Assembly (NCBI RefSeq): GCF_009914755.1
Contig: NC_060944.1
Source: the human T2T-CHM13v2.0 reference genome, Homo sapiens
DNA length: 64,000 nt
Strand: one strand, 5' to 3'
Made by a program: the position numbers and the translations under genes. Shown piece after piece: positions 13,701-27,990 of the stretch (the stretch's first letter is position 1; each line of letters opens with the position of its first letter). The notes under the pieces were generated by a model. It saw only the letters and a program-made list of their open reading frames with translations, was not told where the DNA came from and did no database searches.

Positions 13701-16700
13701 CAACAAGTAATAGGTGGAGACTTCAACACTCCACTCTTAGCATGGACAGATCATCTAGACAGAAATCTGTAAACATTGGACGTAATCTACATCATAGACC
13801 AAATAGACCTAATAGACATGTACAGAACATTTCACTCAACAGCTGCAGAATACACATTCTTTTCATCAGCACATGGAAGATTCTTCAGGACTGACCATGT
13901 GTTAGGACACAAAACAAGCCTCAAAAAATTTTAAAAGTTAAAATCACATCAAGTAGCTTATCTGATCACAATAGAATAAAACTAGAAATCAATAACAAGA
14001 GAAACATTCAGAACTATAGAAATACATGAAAATCAAACAACTTGCTTCCAAATCACCACTGTGTAAAGTAAGAAATTAGAAGAAAATTTAAATTTTTTTT
14101 GAAGTAAATGAAACTAGAAACACAACGTACCAAAACCTATGGGACCCAGCAAAAAATAGTATTCAGGGGTGAGTTTATGGCAAAAAAAGAGAAAACTTAC
14201 ATCAAAAAAGAAATGATTTCAAACAAGCTAATGATGCATCTCAAGGAACTAGAAAAGCAACAACAAATCAAACTCAAAATAAGTAGAAGGTAAGAAATCA
14301 TCAAGATCAGAAGAGAAATAAGCAAAATTGAGATTTAAAAAATCAGTGAAACAAAATTTGTTTTCTGAAAAGATTAGCAGAATCAACAAACCATTAACTA
14401 GACTAAGAAAAGAGAAGAGACCCAAATAAACAAAATCAGGAATGAAAAAGAAGACATCAAAACAGGTACTACAGAAATACAAAGGATCACTAAAGACTAT
14501 TATGAACAACTATATTTCAAAAACAGGAAAAATATAGGGGAAATGAATAAATTCCTGGATACATACAACCTACAAAGATTGAACCAAAAAGATATAGAAA
14601 ACCCGAATATACCAATAACAATTATGAGATTAAATCAGTAATAAAAAATTTCCCAACAAAGAAGTCTAGGACTGAATGGCTTCACTGTTAAATTCTGCCA
14701 AACTTTTAAAGAAGAATTAATACCAATTATTTTCAAACTATTCCAAAAAATTAAAGAGGAGATTATTTTTAATTCATCCATGAGGCCAGCATAGCCCTGA
14801 TACCAAAACCAGACATGGACCCAACAAAAAAAGAAAACTGCAGACCAATATCATTGAGGAATATAGAAGCAAAAATCCTCATCAAAATACTAGCAATCCA
14901 AATCCAACAAAACACTAGAAAAATAATACACCATGATCAAGTGAGATTTATTCCAGTGATGTATGCCTAGCTCAACATATAAAAATCAATAAATGTGATA
15001 TATCACATAAACAAAAAGAAAGACAAAAACCATACAATCATCTCAATAGATCAGAAAAAGCATTTGATAAAATTCAACATTACTTTGTGATTAAAAACTC
15101 TCAATAAACTAGGCATAAAAGGAAAGTATCGCAATAAATTAAAACCCATATCTGATTAAACCCACAGCTAACATCAAACCAAACAGAGAGAAACTGAAAG
15201 CGTTTCTTCTAAGAACTGAAACAAGACTGGCTATTTTCCCCACTCTTATTTAATATAGTACTTGAAGTCCTAGACAGAGCAATTAGGCAAGAGAAAGAAA
15301 TAAAGGACATCCAAATTTAAAATGAGGAAGCCAAATTGTCTTTGTTTGCAGATCACATGATCTTACTTATAGAAAAACCTAAAAACTCTATGAAAAAAAC
15401 TCTTAGAACTGTGAAACAAATTTAGGAAAGTAGCAAGATACAAAATCAAATGTAAAAATGAGTAGTGTTTCTATACATGTACAACAAACTACTGAAAAAG
15501 AAATAAAAAAGATAATCCCATTTATAATAGCAAAAATAAAATAACATTCTAGGAATAAATTTAACCAAGGGGATGAAAGACCTCTACAAGGAAAAACTAT
15601 AAAACATTGATAAAAGAAATTGAAGAAAATACAAATGGAAAGACATTCCATGCTTGTAGATCAGAAATATTAATATTTTTAAAATGACCATGCTGTCCAA
15701 AGCCATACACAGATTCAATGCAATCCCCAATAAAATACCATTGACATTCTTCACAGAAATTGAAAAAAAAATACTAAAATTCATATGGAACCACAGAAGA
15801 CCCTGAATGGCCAAAGTCATCCTAAGCAAAAAGAACAAAGCTAGAGGCATGATAGTGTCAGCCTTCAAAATATGCTACAAAAGTATAGTAACCAAAACAG
15901 CATTGTTCTGGCATAAAGACAGATGCATAGACCAATAGAACAGAATACAGAACCCAAAAATTAATCCATATATCTACAGCCAACTAGTTTTGGCAAAAGC
16001 ACCAAGAACATTCATTAGAGAAAGGACACTCTCTTCAATACATGGTGCTGGGAAAACTGTATATTCATATGTGGAAGAATAAAACTAGACTCCTATTTCT
16101 CACCCAATGTAAAAATCAACTCAAAATTGATTGAAGGCCTAAATGTATGACCTGAAACTATAAAAATACCACAAGAAAAGGTTCGAGAAATGCTTCAGGA
16201 CATTGGTCTAGGGAAAGATTTTATGAATAAGACTGCAAATGCACAGTCAACAGAAGCAAAAACAAATGAGATTATATTAAACAAAAAATCTTCTGTACAG
16301 CAAAGGAAACAATCAACAAAGTGAAAAGACAACCTATTGAATGGGAGAAAATATTTCCAAAGTATTCACCTAACAGGAGATTAATATTCAGAATATAAAA
16401 GGAACCCAAACATCTCCACAGCAAAAACCACACAAACAATCCAATTTAAAAATGGGCAAATGATCTGGACAGACATTGCCAAAAGAAGACATACAAATGG
16501 CCAACAAACATATGAAATAATTCTCAACATCATTGTTTTAACAAATGATTAAAGGAAACTTTTATACACCATTGGTGGTAGTGTAAACACACAGATTTTA
16601 TGAGAACAGTATGGAGGTTCCTCAAAAAACTACAAATACAACTCTCGTATGACCCAGCAATCCCACTATAGGGCATTTATCCAAAAGAATGGAAATCAGT

Positions 16701-17319
16701 ACATTGAGGAGACATCTGCACCCCCATGTTTATTGCAGCACTATTCACAATAACCAGGATATAAACACAACCTAGGTATCCAAAAACAGATAAATGAATG
16801 CATAAAATGTGGTATATTTACACAATGGAATACTATTCAGTCATAAAAAAGAATGAAATCCTGTTATGCACAGCAACACAGAGATAGAACTGGAGAATAT
16901 TATGTTAAGTGAAATAAGGCAGGAACAGAAGGTCAAACACTGCCTATTTTCATTCACATGTAGAAGCTGAAAAAAGTTAATTTCATAAAAGTAAAACGTA
17001 GAGCAGATGATACCAGAGGCTGGGAAGGATAGGAAGAGATTTGTTAGAAGATACAAAATTACAGCTAGATAGGAGGAATAAGTTATCATGCGCTACAGCA
17101 CTAGAGGACGACTATAGTTAACAATAATATATGGTTTCAAAGAGCTAGAAGGAGGATAGTGAATGTTACTAAAACAAACAAACAAAAAAAGGGTAAATGT
17201 TTGAGATGATAAATATGCTAATCACCCATATCTGATCATTATTCACTGGACGTATCAAAACATCAATATGTACCCCATAAATATGTACAATTGTGTCAAT
17301 TTAAAAATATTTTTAAAAA
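10706..17319 (+). mobile_element. Near full-length L1MA3-type LINE-1 (5'UTR ~10706-12170, ORF1 relic ~12176-13130, ORF2 relic ~13290-16880, 3'UTR), inactivated
   Basis: GC-rich repetitive 5'UTR; ORF1/ORF2 homologous peptides (PTIYCLQENHF.CKG.HRLKVK.WKK; AIFISDKTDFK); 3'UTR acagctagataggaggaataagtt...gtaccccataaatatgtacaatt typical of L1MA3. Confidence 0.9.
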
Positions 17320-17702
17320 GTGAATTTACCCAAAAAGATATAAGGTCCTCACAGGCAGAATGTAATTTCTGTAGATACTAGAGTTCTCAAACCAGAAAGA
17401 CAGCATTTGTCTTTATATCAGAAAGGGCTTGCCAGAAAAGACAAAAAGTCTTTTACCATCCTAGGAGGATGAAAAGTCCTTTATTAAGATGGTCTTCTCC
17501 AAATCAAATCCAAATAAAGTCAAAGAGCTTTTGCCAATAAGAGAAAGCCTTGGCCTGAGAGAAGACTCACCAGGGCCAGAAAAGGTGGGTTGTGGAAGGA
17601 GAGTGCTCAAAGGGCTCAAGTGAGCACTGCATACTTGTTCCAAGAATTGTCAATTCCTTCCAAAATTGGTCTTGTTTTAGATCTCACTTTTGACTCCAGA
17701 TA
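17320..17702 (-). mobile_element. ERV internal leader (5' portion) of MER65-like provirus
   Basis: Continues MER4-int-like sequence after the L1 tail up to the PBS/LTR. Confidence 0.75.
17681..17698 (-). promoter_or_regulatory. Degenerate primer-binding site, tRNA-Leu(CAA)-like
   Basis: rc TGGAGTCAAAAGTGAGAT, 4 nt from LTR end; 15/18 match to TGGTGTCAGAAGTGGGAT. Confidence 0.65.
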
Positions 17703-18141
17703 TGTCAACCTCAATAACAGGCAGAGAGGAGACTGTAAAACAAAAAGATATTTATCAGAATATTGCAGTGGGAATACACATGTCATAGTAAATTATGTGT
17801 GCATTCAAGGAGGTTGGGGTAAAAGAAAGATTTTAAAGGCAAAATGAAGAAGATTACATAAATTATTTTGAATCAAGTATCCTTGGCTACAAGCATCAAT
17901 AACAAAGGTGTAATTAGTCCAAGATTAGACAGGCGGTTGCCAGACAGATGTCCTTGCAGAAGTATTTTCTGTGTAAGGTTATGGTGGTATTTGTGCAAGT
18001 TGTCATATTTGCAAATTCTTTTGTGATAGTTCTTGTTATTAGGCATATGTGAATGAGAGCCCTCTCTTCATGACTTTTCCTGGCTCCATTTGTCAGAGTT
18101 TTAACACAAGTCACTCTACTTTGATTCTGACAACTTTCACA
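17703..18141 (-). mobile_element. 5' LTR, MER65-like (ERV1/MER4 group)
   Basis: rc begins TGTGAAAGTTGTCAGAATCAAAG and ends ...GGTTGACA; followed by PBS. Confidence 0.8.
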
Positions 18142-18602
18142 GAAAGATAAAAGGGAGAGTTTGATGGGGAGCTAAAGCATTGCTTGAGTAAATTAAATTC
18201 AAGCTTTGCGTACCTCAGGTGGCCTAATAAAAAAGAGTCCTTTAAGAAAAGAAACTGCTGTATGTAGTGTGTGTATATTTTCCCCTTAAAGCAATTTTTT
18301 AAACTTTAAATCAATGTAACAATATCTCCCCAAAAACAATTTTCTAGGAGATGATATCTATACTAGCTAATTATGCAAGGCCCTTCCAGAAAAAATGCTA
18401 TTGATATACCAGCATTGAGTTCTTCCCGCCATACTTCTCACATTTTATCAATACAGAAAAAGACAGATCAGAAAATCAATTAATATAATACACCATATTA
18501 ACAGAATAATGGGTAAATATTACATGATGATCTCAATAGATGCTTAAAAATATTTGAAAATTCAGTACCCCTTAGGATTACAAATTCTGAACAAACTGGT
18601 AA

Positions 18603-18881
<279 letters not shown>

Positions 18882-19178
18882 AGTAAAGAGCTTTCTTAAC
18901 CTGATAAAGGCCATCTACAAAAACCTCACAGCTAACATTATACTCAATGGTATTACATTTTAAAATGGTGTCACATAAGAAAGACTATCTCCCTAAGATC
19001 AAGAACAAGATAAGGATGTCTGCTCTCACCACTTCTATTCAACATTGTACTGGAGTTTCTAGCCAGGGCAACTGGGCAAGAAAATTAAACAATAGGCATC
19101 CAGTTTGGAAAAGAAGAAGTAAAATTATCTCTATCTGCAGATGACATGATCTTGCATAGAGAAAACTTTAAGGGATCC

Positions 19179-19457
19179 ACTCACGCCTGTAATCCTAGCA
19201 CTTTGGGAGGCCCAGGCAGGCGGATCATGAGGTCAGGAGATCGAGACCATCCTGGCTAACACAGTGAAACCCCATCTAAAAATACAAAAAATTAGCTGGA
19301 TGTGGTGGTGGGTGACTGTGGTCCCAGCTACTCAGGAGGCTGAGGCAGGAGAATGGCATGAACCCAGGAGGTAGAGCTGGCAGTGAGTCAAGATCGCACC
19401 ACTACACTCCAGCCTGGGCAACAGAGCAAGACTCTGTCTAAAAATAAAATAAAAAAT
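19179..19457 (+). mobile_element. AluY/AluSc8-type (lacking 5' end)
   Basis: ggatcatgaggtcaggagatcgagaccatcctggctaacac..., agaatggcatgaacccagg. Confidence 0.9.
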
Positions 19458-22400
19458 GATAACTAATAAATAGTTCAGCAAGGTTGCAGGATACAAGATC
19501 AACATACAAAAAACAGTTTTCTTTGCAGTAGCAATAAACAAACTAAAAATGATATTTTAAAAAGTGCCACTTACATTAGTATCAGAAAGAAAAAATACTT
19601 ATGAATAAATGTAACAAAAGGTGTACAACACTTATACTCTGAAAAGTACAAAACATTGTTAAAAGAAATTAATAACCCAAATAAGTAGAAGAACATCCTA
19701 TGTTCATGAATGGAAAATGATATTGTTAAGGTAACACTATACCCCAAATTGATCTACAAATTCAACTCAATCCCTATCAAAATCACAGCAGGCTCTTTTG
19801 AAGAAATTGACAAGCTGTTCCTAAAATTTATGTGGGAATTCAAGATTTCCATATAAAAATTGTTTTTGTAGCCAAAACAATCTTGGAAAAGAAGAACAAA
19901 GTTGAAATATTCACATTTCTTGATTTTCAAAAGTTATTACAAAGCTATAGTAATCAAAACAGTATGGTACTGCCATAGGACAGACATATAGATAAACGGA
20001 ATATAATTGAAAGTTGAGAAGTAAACCTACACATCTATAGTCAATTGACTTTTTAAGGGTATCTTGACAATTCAGTGGGGAAAATAATAGTTTTTTCAAC
20101 AAATGGTGCTAGAGCAACTAAATATCCACATGCAAAAGAATGAAATTGGACTCCTACCTCATAGGAGGTAAATATTAACTCAAAATATTCAAGTAAATAT
20201 GTCTTAAAAGAAAACATATGTATAAATCTTCATGACCTTGGTTTAGGCAATGTGTTTTTGGATGTGAACTCAAAAGCAAAATCAATAAAAGAAAAAATAA
20301 ATACATTGGGCTTCATCAGAATTAAAAATATTTGTGCTTCAGGGGAACACTATGAAAAAAATGAAAAGATAACTTATAAAATGGGAGAAATATTTACAAA
20401 TCACACATCTGATAGGGAAATTGCATCCAGAATATATTTAAAGACTTATAACTCAATGATAAAAATACAAATTATCCCATTAAAAGATGGGCAAAAGATT
20501 TGAACAAACATTCTTCCAAAAAGATATACAACAGGTCTATAAGCACATGAAAAGATGCTCAACATCATTAGGCATCAGAAAATGCAAATCGAATGCAAAT
20601 CTATCCAAAAACTGTAATGAGATATCATTTCATATCCACTCAAATGACTATCATCAAAAAGGTAGATAGTAACAAGTGTTGGCAAGGATATGGAGAAATT
20701 GGAATCATCATACACAACTAGTGAGAATGTAAAATGGGGCAGCTGTTGTGAAAAACAGTCCAGCAGTTCCTCAAAAGGCTAAAGATAGAGTTACTAGATG
20801 ATCCAGACATTAAACTCCTAGGTTAATATCCAAAGAGAGATAAAAACATATTTCTATACAAAAACGTGTACATAAATGTTCACAGAAGCATTATTCCTAA
20901 TAGCCAAAAAGGGGAAGCAACCCAGCTGTCTATCAGCTGATAAATGCATAAACAAAACTGCACATCCATTCAATAAAATATTATTTGGTAATAAAGAGAA
21001 ATGAAGTAGTGATATATACTACAACATAAATAAACCTTGACAATTTTATGCTAAATAAGGGAGCCAGTCACAAAAGGCCACATATTGTGTGATTCCATTT
21101 ATATGAAATGTCCAGAATAGGCAAATCCATAGCAAGAGAAAATAAATTAGTGGTTGCCTAGAGCTGAAGTGAGGGTGTTAGAGAGAAATGGGGACTAACT
21201 TCTAATGGATATGAGCTCTCTTTTTGGAGTGATGAAATATTCTGGAATTAGTAGTGATGTTTGCAGAATTTTGTGAGTATACTAAAAAGACTGAATTATA
21301 CCCTTTAAATGGGTGAATTATATGTCAATTATTTCTCAATAACACTATTGTTTATAAAAAGACAAGCCTTTCTACTTTTAGAATCTCTTTCCATGGAGAT
21401 TTTGTTCACTAAAACAAGTTTAAGAGCCATATAGGTAAAATCAATGGTATGAGGCAGTCACCATGGTTGGGACCTTAGGGACTTTTTGTTTCACAGCCTA
21501 AAGCCACCGTTTAAGAAAAGCCAAACGAGCAATGCTTATTGCAGTTTTCAATTGCAAGGACTGATTTGAACCTATGTGTGTAAACTTGAGCCCTGACAGA
21601 GGAAGTCCTGTTTCTTTCAATTCTTACACCCAATTTCCTGATTTTTATTCAGCCTGAAACACTGCTCACTTTGCCAGGGCAGCCCTGTGGAATTGCCTGC
21701 TCAGGCTTACCTCCCCATCAACCCATGCGGAGTTCTGCAGCATCCACTGCCTTGACCTCCCCATCATCCCTGATCTGCCATGCTCCCTGCCCAGGCAGGC
21801 CTTGTGCCGCCAGCCAGCTACCTGCCTGCTCATGGAACACTCTGGAAAAAAACACGCTTTTAAGTTCTTTTGATTTTTCTTCCTAGCATCAATAGTCACC
21901 TGTTTAGCTTCCTTCCTACACAGTAATTATACTGTATTCATAGACTTATTTGACATTTCCAAAGAAAAGTGTAATTATAGCATCCTGAAAGGTGGAAATA
22001 ATCTGATGATGATATTTGAGGAGAAAAAAAAATCACTTTCAAGATTTGCTTCAACTAAATCTCGTAGAAACAGTGTTACTAAATGCTACTGAAAGCAGAG
22101 GCTTGGTCATTGTCCTTCACTTAGATATTAAACCTTTCCCAACTTCAGGCATTAAGTTTCTAAGGACTCCAAGTTAAGAGAGCTCACACTAAGCAACTTA
22201 GAACTTTAAGAAGAAAAACTGTATTTCATAGGGGATAGAAGATGAGAATAAACTGTTGAAAACACTTGTAAATTCATCTTATTCATGAAAAAAACACTAA
22301 GTGGCAATTAGAAGAATATTATTTGTATTTTCCACAGTTTTAATGAATAATAGTAGTATTATTAGGTACTATAGTATTCATTTCATTTACCATCACCTGC

Positions 22401-23424
22401 TCGCCAAACACTTTTTAGAATTTCAGTGATGATCTTTTACTATGCCTCCTACCAACAGATACTTTTTTCAAGCATTGAATAAGTGTCAGCATTGTGCTAG
22501 GTGCTTAATGCACAAGATCACGGCACACAGCCCTAGGTTCAAATTGGGATGTCACCACCTGTTAGTTATGACCCTCAAGTCCACAATCTCCGTTTCTTAA
22601 CCACAAAGTGCTATATAAATTTGATTTATTATATTTTCACGTCGCTATACTGTAAGCCTCCCACATCTGCTTTGGTGAGAGATATGGAAGCTGTCCTGTA
22701 TGAGATTTTTAGACGTCAGGGTATTATAATTAAAAGTCCTATGTAAGGCTGAAGATACTGAATCCTTGAGAACCAACCTGGGGCCCCAGAATCCTCAACT
22801 GACCAGATGCACTGATGGTATTAGCTCCTAGACGCCCTTTTAGGTATCCTTGCCTGCAAGGCCTTTTTTTGTTTTTCTTCAGCAAATTATCATTTTGGAT
22901 GCAGCTCAGTCCAAGCGCAGCTTTAATTAATGAGTCAGGTTTCCGGCATTGATAAGAATTGCTAGGTTAAGGTCGCATGTGGAGGGCAGTCTTTATTAAA
23001 TACGCTAAATGTGGTTGCAATTTGAAATGCTATTGTCTGTCTCTTCCTGAGCTGCTGTCTTATTCTAACAGAAGCCATGGTCTTCCAAATCCCAAAGGCA
23101 GTAGTGAAAGGGCACTATGGGGAAAGACATTTACTTTTATCCTGACTATTAAAATAAAACAGTGCTACTACCTATGTATCTGGGCAGGATGGCATGACAT
23201 CCCTACAGATGGTCTGCTTAAAGGCCCCTTCAGACTTCAGTGTCCCCATGCTTATTCTGGGGCTCCTAGCCTACTCTAATGACAACCAGATACCAGACGT
23301 TTTGCTTCCAACCCTAAAACCTAAAACAGAGTCACAATAGCATTTAAAAATTTTTAAATTATTTTTTATATTTATTACTTTTTATTTATAACATCTTTTG
23401 AAACATTCCATGGGGCTTTTTTTC

Positions 23425-24110
23425 TTTAAGAAAGGTTAATTTTATAGAGATTTTACACTTATTTTTTTCTCCCTATCAACATCTTGAACCAGAGTGGTGC
23501 ATCTGTCACAACTGATGAATCTACATTGACACATTATCTTCAAAAGTCTGTAATTTACATTAGATTCATGCTTAGTGTTGTACATTCTATGGGTTTGGGA
23601 CAAATGTATAATGGCATATATCCAATGGTGTAATATCTTACAGAGTATTTTCATTGCCCTAAAAATCCTCAGTGCTCCACCTATGTATCCTTATTTACTG
23701 TCGCTATAGTTTTGCCTTTTCCAGAATGGTTTCTTTTGCTTAGTAATATGCATTTACAATTTCTCCATGTCTTTTTGTGACTTGATAGCTCATTTCTTTT
23801 AGTGCTGAATAATATTCCATTGTCTGGATGTACCACAGTTAATTTGCCCATTCACATACTGAAGGACATCTTGGTTACTTTCAAGATTTGGCAATTATGA
23901 ATAACGCTGCTATAAACAGTGTGTATAGATTTTTGTATGGACATCTTTTCAAGTCATTTGGGTAAATACCAAGAAGTGTGACTGCCAGATCGTATGTTAA
24001 GAGTACATTTAGTTTTGTAAAAAACTGCCAAACTGTTTTCCAAAGTGGCTGTATTATTTTACATTCCCATGAGCAATGAATGAGAGTTCCTGTTTTCCAC
24101 ACCTTCATTT
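23425..24110 (-). mobile_element. L1MC1/2-type 3' fragment
   Basis: accagagtggt..gtcacaactgatgaatctacattgacacat; minus ORF GTLIHCSWECK..QPLWKTVWQF. Confidence 0.85.
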
Positions 24111-24949
24111 ATTTTATAACATTTTACAAACAATTTATTTAGACATATTTAAATATTCACATTTTAAAAGCATAATGAGTAAAATCATAGGCACCAAAAG
24201 AATGAGTTGCAAGAGAAATGATCATATTTTTCAATGGAAGGACCACCAGTCCATAAACACGGGACTAAGTCTCAACAATTAGCACCAAATATTGGCACTC
24301 TTAGTTCAGGGAATGAATCACTATAAGATAATAATTTTAAAAAGCAACAAATAAAAGCAAGCAGAATTGTGGCAAACACGCTTTGTTGCAGCGAAAGTGT
24401 TTAGAATTTACCCTAGACTCGCCATAACGTGCAACCAAAGAAACAGCATGCCAACATTAAACCATGACATCTCCCTGGCACATAGACAGGCCATTGGCCA
24501 GATGGTTGCAGAGGTGAAGGCACTATCCCAGTCTAGTCCTAAGCCAAAAGATGACTTAGTGAGAGCCAGTCTCATGTCTGAGAGGATGAAGATCTGATCT
24601 GAGGAAGAAACCTTCCTCTTCTGGCCCAACCACAGATGTCTGGCATTCTTATTCCTGTCTGGCTATTAAAGGCAGAAGTTTTCAGTGTGATTGTATTCAA
24701 CGTGTGTTCACTAACTACAGGCTAGGGGAGTCCTAATCTCTCTGCTTTGAATAACTTGCTCAAAGCTCAAAATCCCATGGGTAACATCCAGCTGGCTGGA
24801 GGCCCTAGGCCACATGCTCAATTCTGGCGGCTAAGATGAGGAGAGAGCAAGCATCAGACTGTATCTCCTTTCTTAGTGAAAAGTGGGCTCTGCCTCTTGT
24901 CAATGGAACATTCTCCAAAACTAGGAGATGGGCTCAGTACAGGGCAGCC

Positions 24950-25365
24950 AACCAATGACCTGTATCCACCATACCATCTTTCTCCTCCCTGCAAATGCCA
25001 GCTTTGTCTCCTTTTCAGGATCTTTGTTCTTGCAGTTCCCACTGCTAGCTTCTGTCCCCCATGTTAATGTGGCTGGCTCTGTCCCATCCCTCGGTTCTCA
25101 GCTCCTCAGACCACATAGAATACCTGTTCTCCCTGAAGCCTCTCTGAACCACCTCTCCCTTTCTCCCTTTCTTTCCTAACTCATCAGTCCCTGACAATTA
25201 CCTTGAACATTGCTTTTTCCTCATGCATTGTACATCTTGATCATTCCACCAGTATGGAAACTCCATAAGGACAGACAGCCTGGCTGTCCTGTTGCTCAGC
25301 TCTTTCCCCAGTGTCCTGTCTGCCATGATCACAGCTCAGTAAATGTTTGGGAAGCATGAATGAAC
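24950..25365 (+). mobile_element. L2 3' fragment
   Basis: Ends ...cagctcagtaaatgtttgggaagcatgaatgaa (L2 tail). Confidence 0.65.
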
Positions 25366-26149
25366 TTAATGGCTTCAAGACTCTGCCCCAACATTCTTTT
25401 GGGCCATTTATTGCAGACGCATCTGCTTCCATTTCTCAGGCACCAGGATTCTAGTTTAATGCCCTGACTTAACATTTGCCTTTAGCCACCAACTGGATAT
25501 TCCAGCTTTTATCTAGGTCTTCTCCATCCCTCATTCTTTTGAGTGAGTAAACCTCCACTCCAGCCATTAGCCCTGAGATGCCAGCCTCAACCCTTTGAGC
25601 ACCTATTTTATCCAGTTCCACCTCAGTGTTGGGGGATTGGGAGGGGTGTGGGGAAAGTGAGGAAGAAGGCAAGAGGAGACACTTGGATATGAAGTATGAC
25701 TAGCTTCAAGAAGGGACAGATTTGTGAGTGGGATTAAGGTTAGGGACAGATACAGAAAAGCAATGTGCAGTGTGCAGGGACTGGGGCAGGGCCCTAGAGG
25801 AAGAGAAACAGCAGGAGAGCCATGAATGGGGATAAAGAGCTTGAAAATCACTCTCGCCTAGGCTGACTAGATGGAGTTTGGGACTCACGATAAAATTCGA
25901 TAAATATTTTTAAGATTCTGCTTAGAACCAGCACTGTGCTGTCTACCACAGGAGTCAGAACAAAAAGATAAAAGCTACGCCCTCTAGAATCCCCTTGGGG
26001 TTCACGATCGAGGCATTGCCTATGGGCCCCAGGGTAAGCAACTCTATGTGTTTCTCTCCCACTTTGTGGGCCAAGGTGTTCTATACATTTGAGACTGAAA
26101 TTAATATAACAATAAAAAAATCACATGACATACCCTTTCTTGCCAATGG

Positions 26150-26335
26150 CTAAAATAGTAATAGCTCATAGTCATTGAGCCCTTAAAAAGCATTGAACTA
26201 AATACTTTTCATGCATCATTTCACTGAACTCTCAACAACCAGTTGAAGTTATTAATATTACTGGCATTTACAGGTGAGGAAACTAAACCTTGGACATGTT
26301 CCAAGGTCACACAGCTGACTGGGATGTGTATGAGG
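26150..26335 (-). mobile_element. MIR
   Basis: catttacaggtgaggaaactaa...ccaaggtcacacagct MIR core. Confidence 0.75.
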
Positions 26336-26553
26336 CATCTCTCTTCAATGGCCTTTTGCTGCCATAACTCATGCTGTCTGTACAGGCTTTCCCCATCCCT
26401 TTCTCTTTTTATCAAAATGATGCTTATTCTTCAAGGCTGTTCTCATTTAAGACTTCCTGGATGACGTCAGAATCGACTTCTTTTCCCTCTGTATTTGTAT
26501 ACCAATTCACTTGAATGGCTATTTAGCCTAATATCTAACATTGCCCTTTATTA

Positions 26554-26893
26554 TATAGTCACATGTCACTTAATATTGGGGATACATCCCGAGAATGTAT
26601 CGTTAAGCAATTATGTCCTTGAGCAAATAGCATAGCGTGCACTTACACAAACCTAGATGGTGGAGCCTACTACACACCTAGGCTGATGGTATATAACCTA
26701 TTGCTCCTAGGCTATAACCTGCACAGCATGTTACTGTACTGAATATTGTCAGCAATTGTAACACAATGGTAAGTATTTATGTATCTAAACATAGAAAAGG
26801 TACAATAAAAATATGGTATTATAAACTTATGGGACCACCACTGTATATGCAGTCCATCATTTACCAAAACATCATTATGTGCACATGGCTCTA
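26554..26893 (+). mobile_element. Tigger3a/MER7A (TcMar-Tigger MITE)
   Basis: tagtcacatgtcacttaa..ggggatacat..gagaa...cacaaacctagatggt..agcctactacacacctaggct...atgggaccaccactgtatatgcagtcc. Confidence 0.85.
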
Positions 26894-27063
26894 ATTGGTT
26901 CATTAAGTAGTTACATGTAGGAGCCGTAGAGTCATAAGTTCAAATGTAGCTCCATCACATATTAACTGTGCGGCCCCTACTTACAAGCTGTCTAAGCCTC
27001 AGTTTCTCCACCTGTTATGCAGGACTGATAAAAACTAGCTCAAAAGGCTGTTACAGAGATTCA

Positions 27064-27204
<141 letters not shown>

Positions 27205-27529
27205 TCAAACTCTAACAACATGATCCTATTTTTCTGGCCCCTTCTCTGCCCCACTCAATTGTAAGCTCCAAGAGGGAAAGGCCCATGTTATAACTACGTC
27301 TGTTTCTTGCCTCCAGTAACCACCACAGGCCTTGGCACCTGCTAAGCCCTCATTATGCACAGGTCGACTGAAACATGTAACCAGAGGTAGTGATGTGGAG
27401 AAGGGAGAAGCACATCCACTTGCTGTTCTAATCATTGATTCCCCACTGGCCAGTCAAGGGTCACAATATTTGTCCATCCATGTATCACCATTATGATTTG
27501 ATTTTTTTCGCATCTACTCCTTTTCCTCT

Positions 27530-27990
27530 AAAATTTTAAGATGAAAGTTTTTATAATAAGAAAAAGGTGAAAGAATTTTATGTAAAACACCTATATACCT
27601 ACCACCCAGATTCTATCATTAACATTGTATTGTATTTAATTTATCACATATCTGTCTATTCTTCTATCAGTTAATCTTATTTCTGGTTCATTTATAAGTG
27701 AGTTGCAGATCTCAGTATACTTCCCCCTTACTTCCAGCATGCATATAATTGACTAGAGTTAAATACATTTTACAATTTTGTTGTAAATTTACATAAAATA
27801 AAATTCAAAAATCTTAAGTATACTACTTTGAGTTTTGACCTAAACCACTATCAAGATACAGAACGTTACTGTCACCCCGGAGTCCCTTCATGTCAATCTC
27901 CATCCCCACACTGAGACAACTACTGTCTCGATGTTTTTCCTCCCATTGCCTGTTCTAAAACTTCATATAAATGACATTATATGGTAATAA
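27530..27990 (-). mobile_element. Old L1 (L1MC4/L1ME-type) 3' fragment
   Basis: tcattaacatt..tttatcacatatct; aaatcttaagtatac..tgagttttgac; tcaagatacagaac..tcacccc. Confidence 0.65.

Noticed and set aside
12176-16880. Possible active L1 ORF1/ORF2
   Set aside because: Riddled with stops and frameshifts; the longest ORF is ~106 aa
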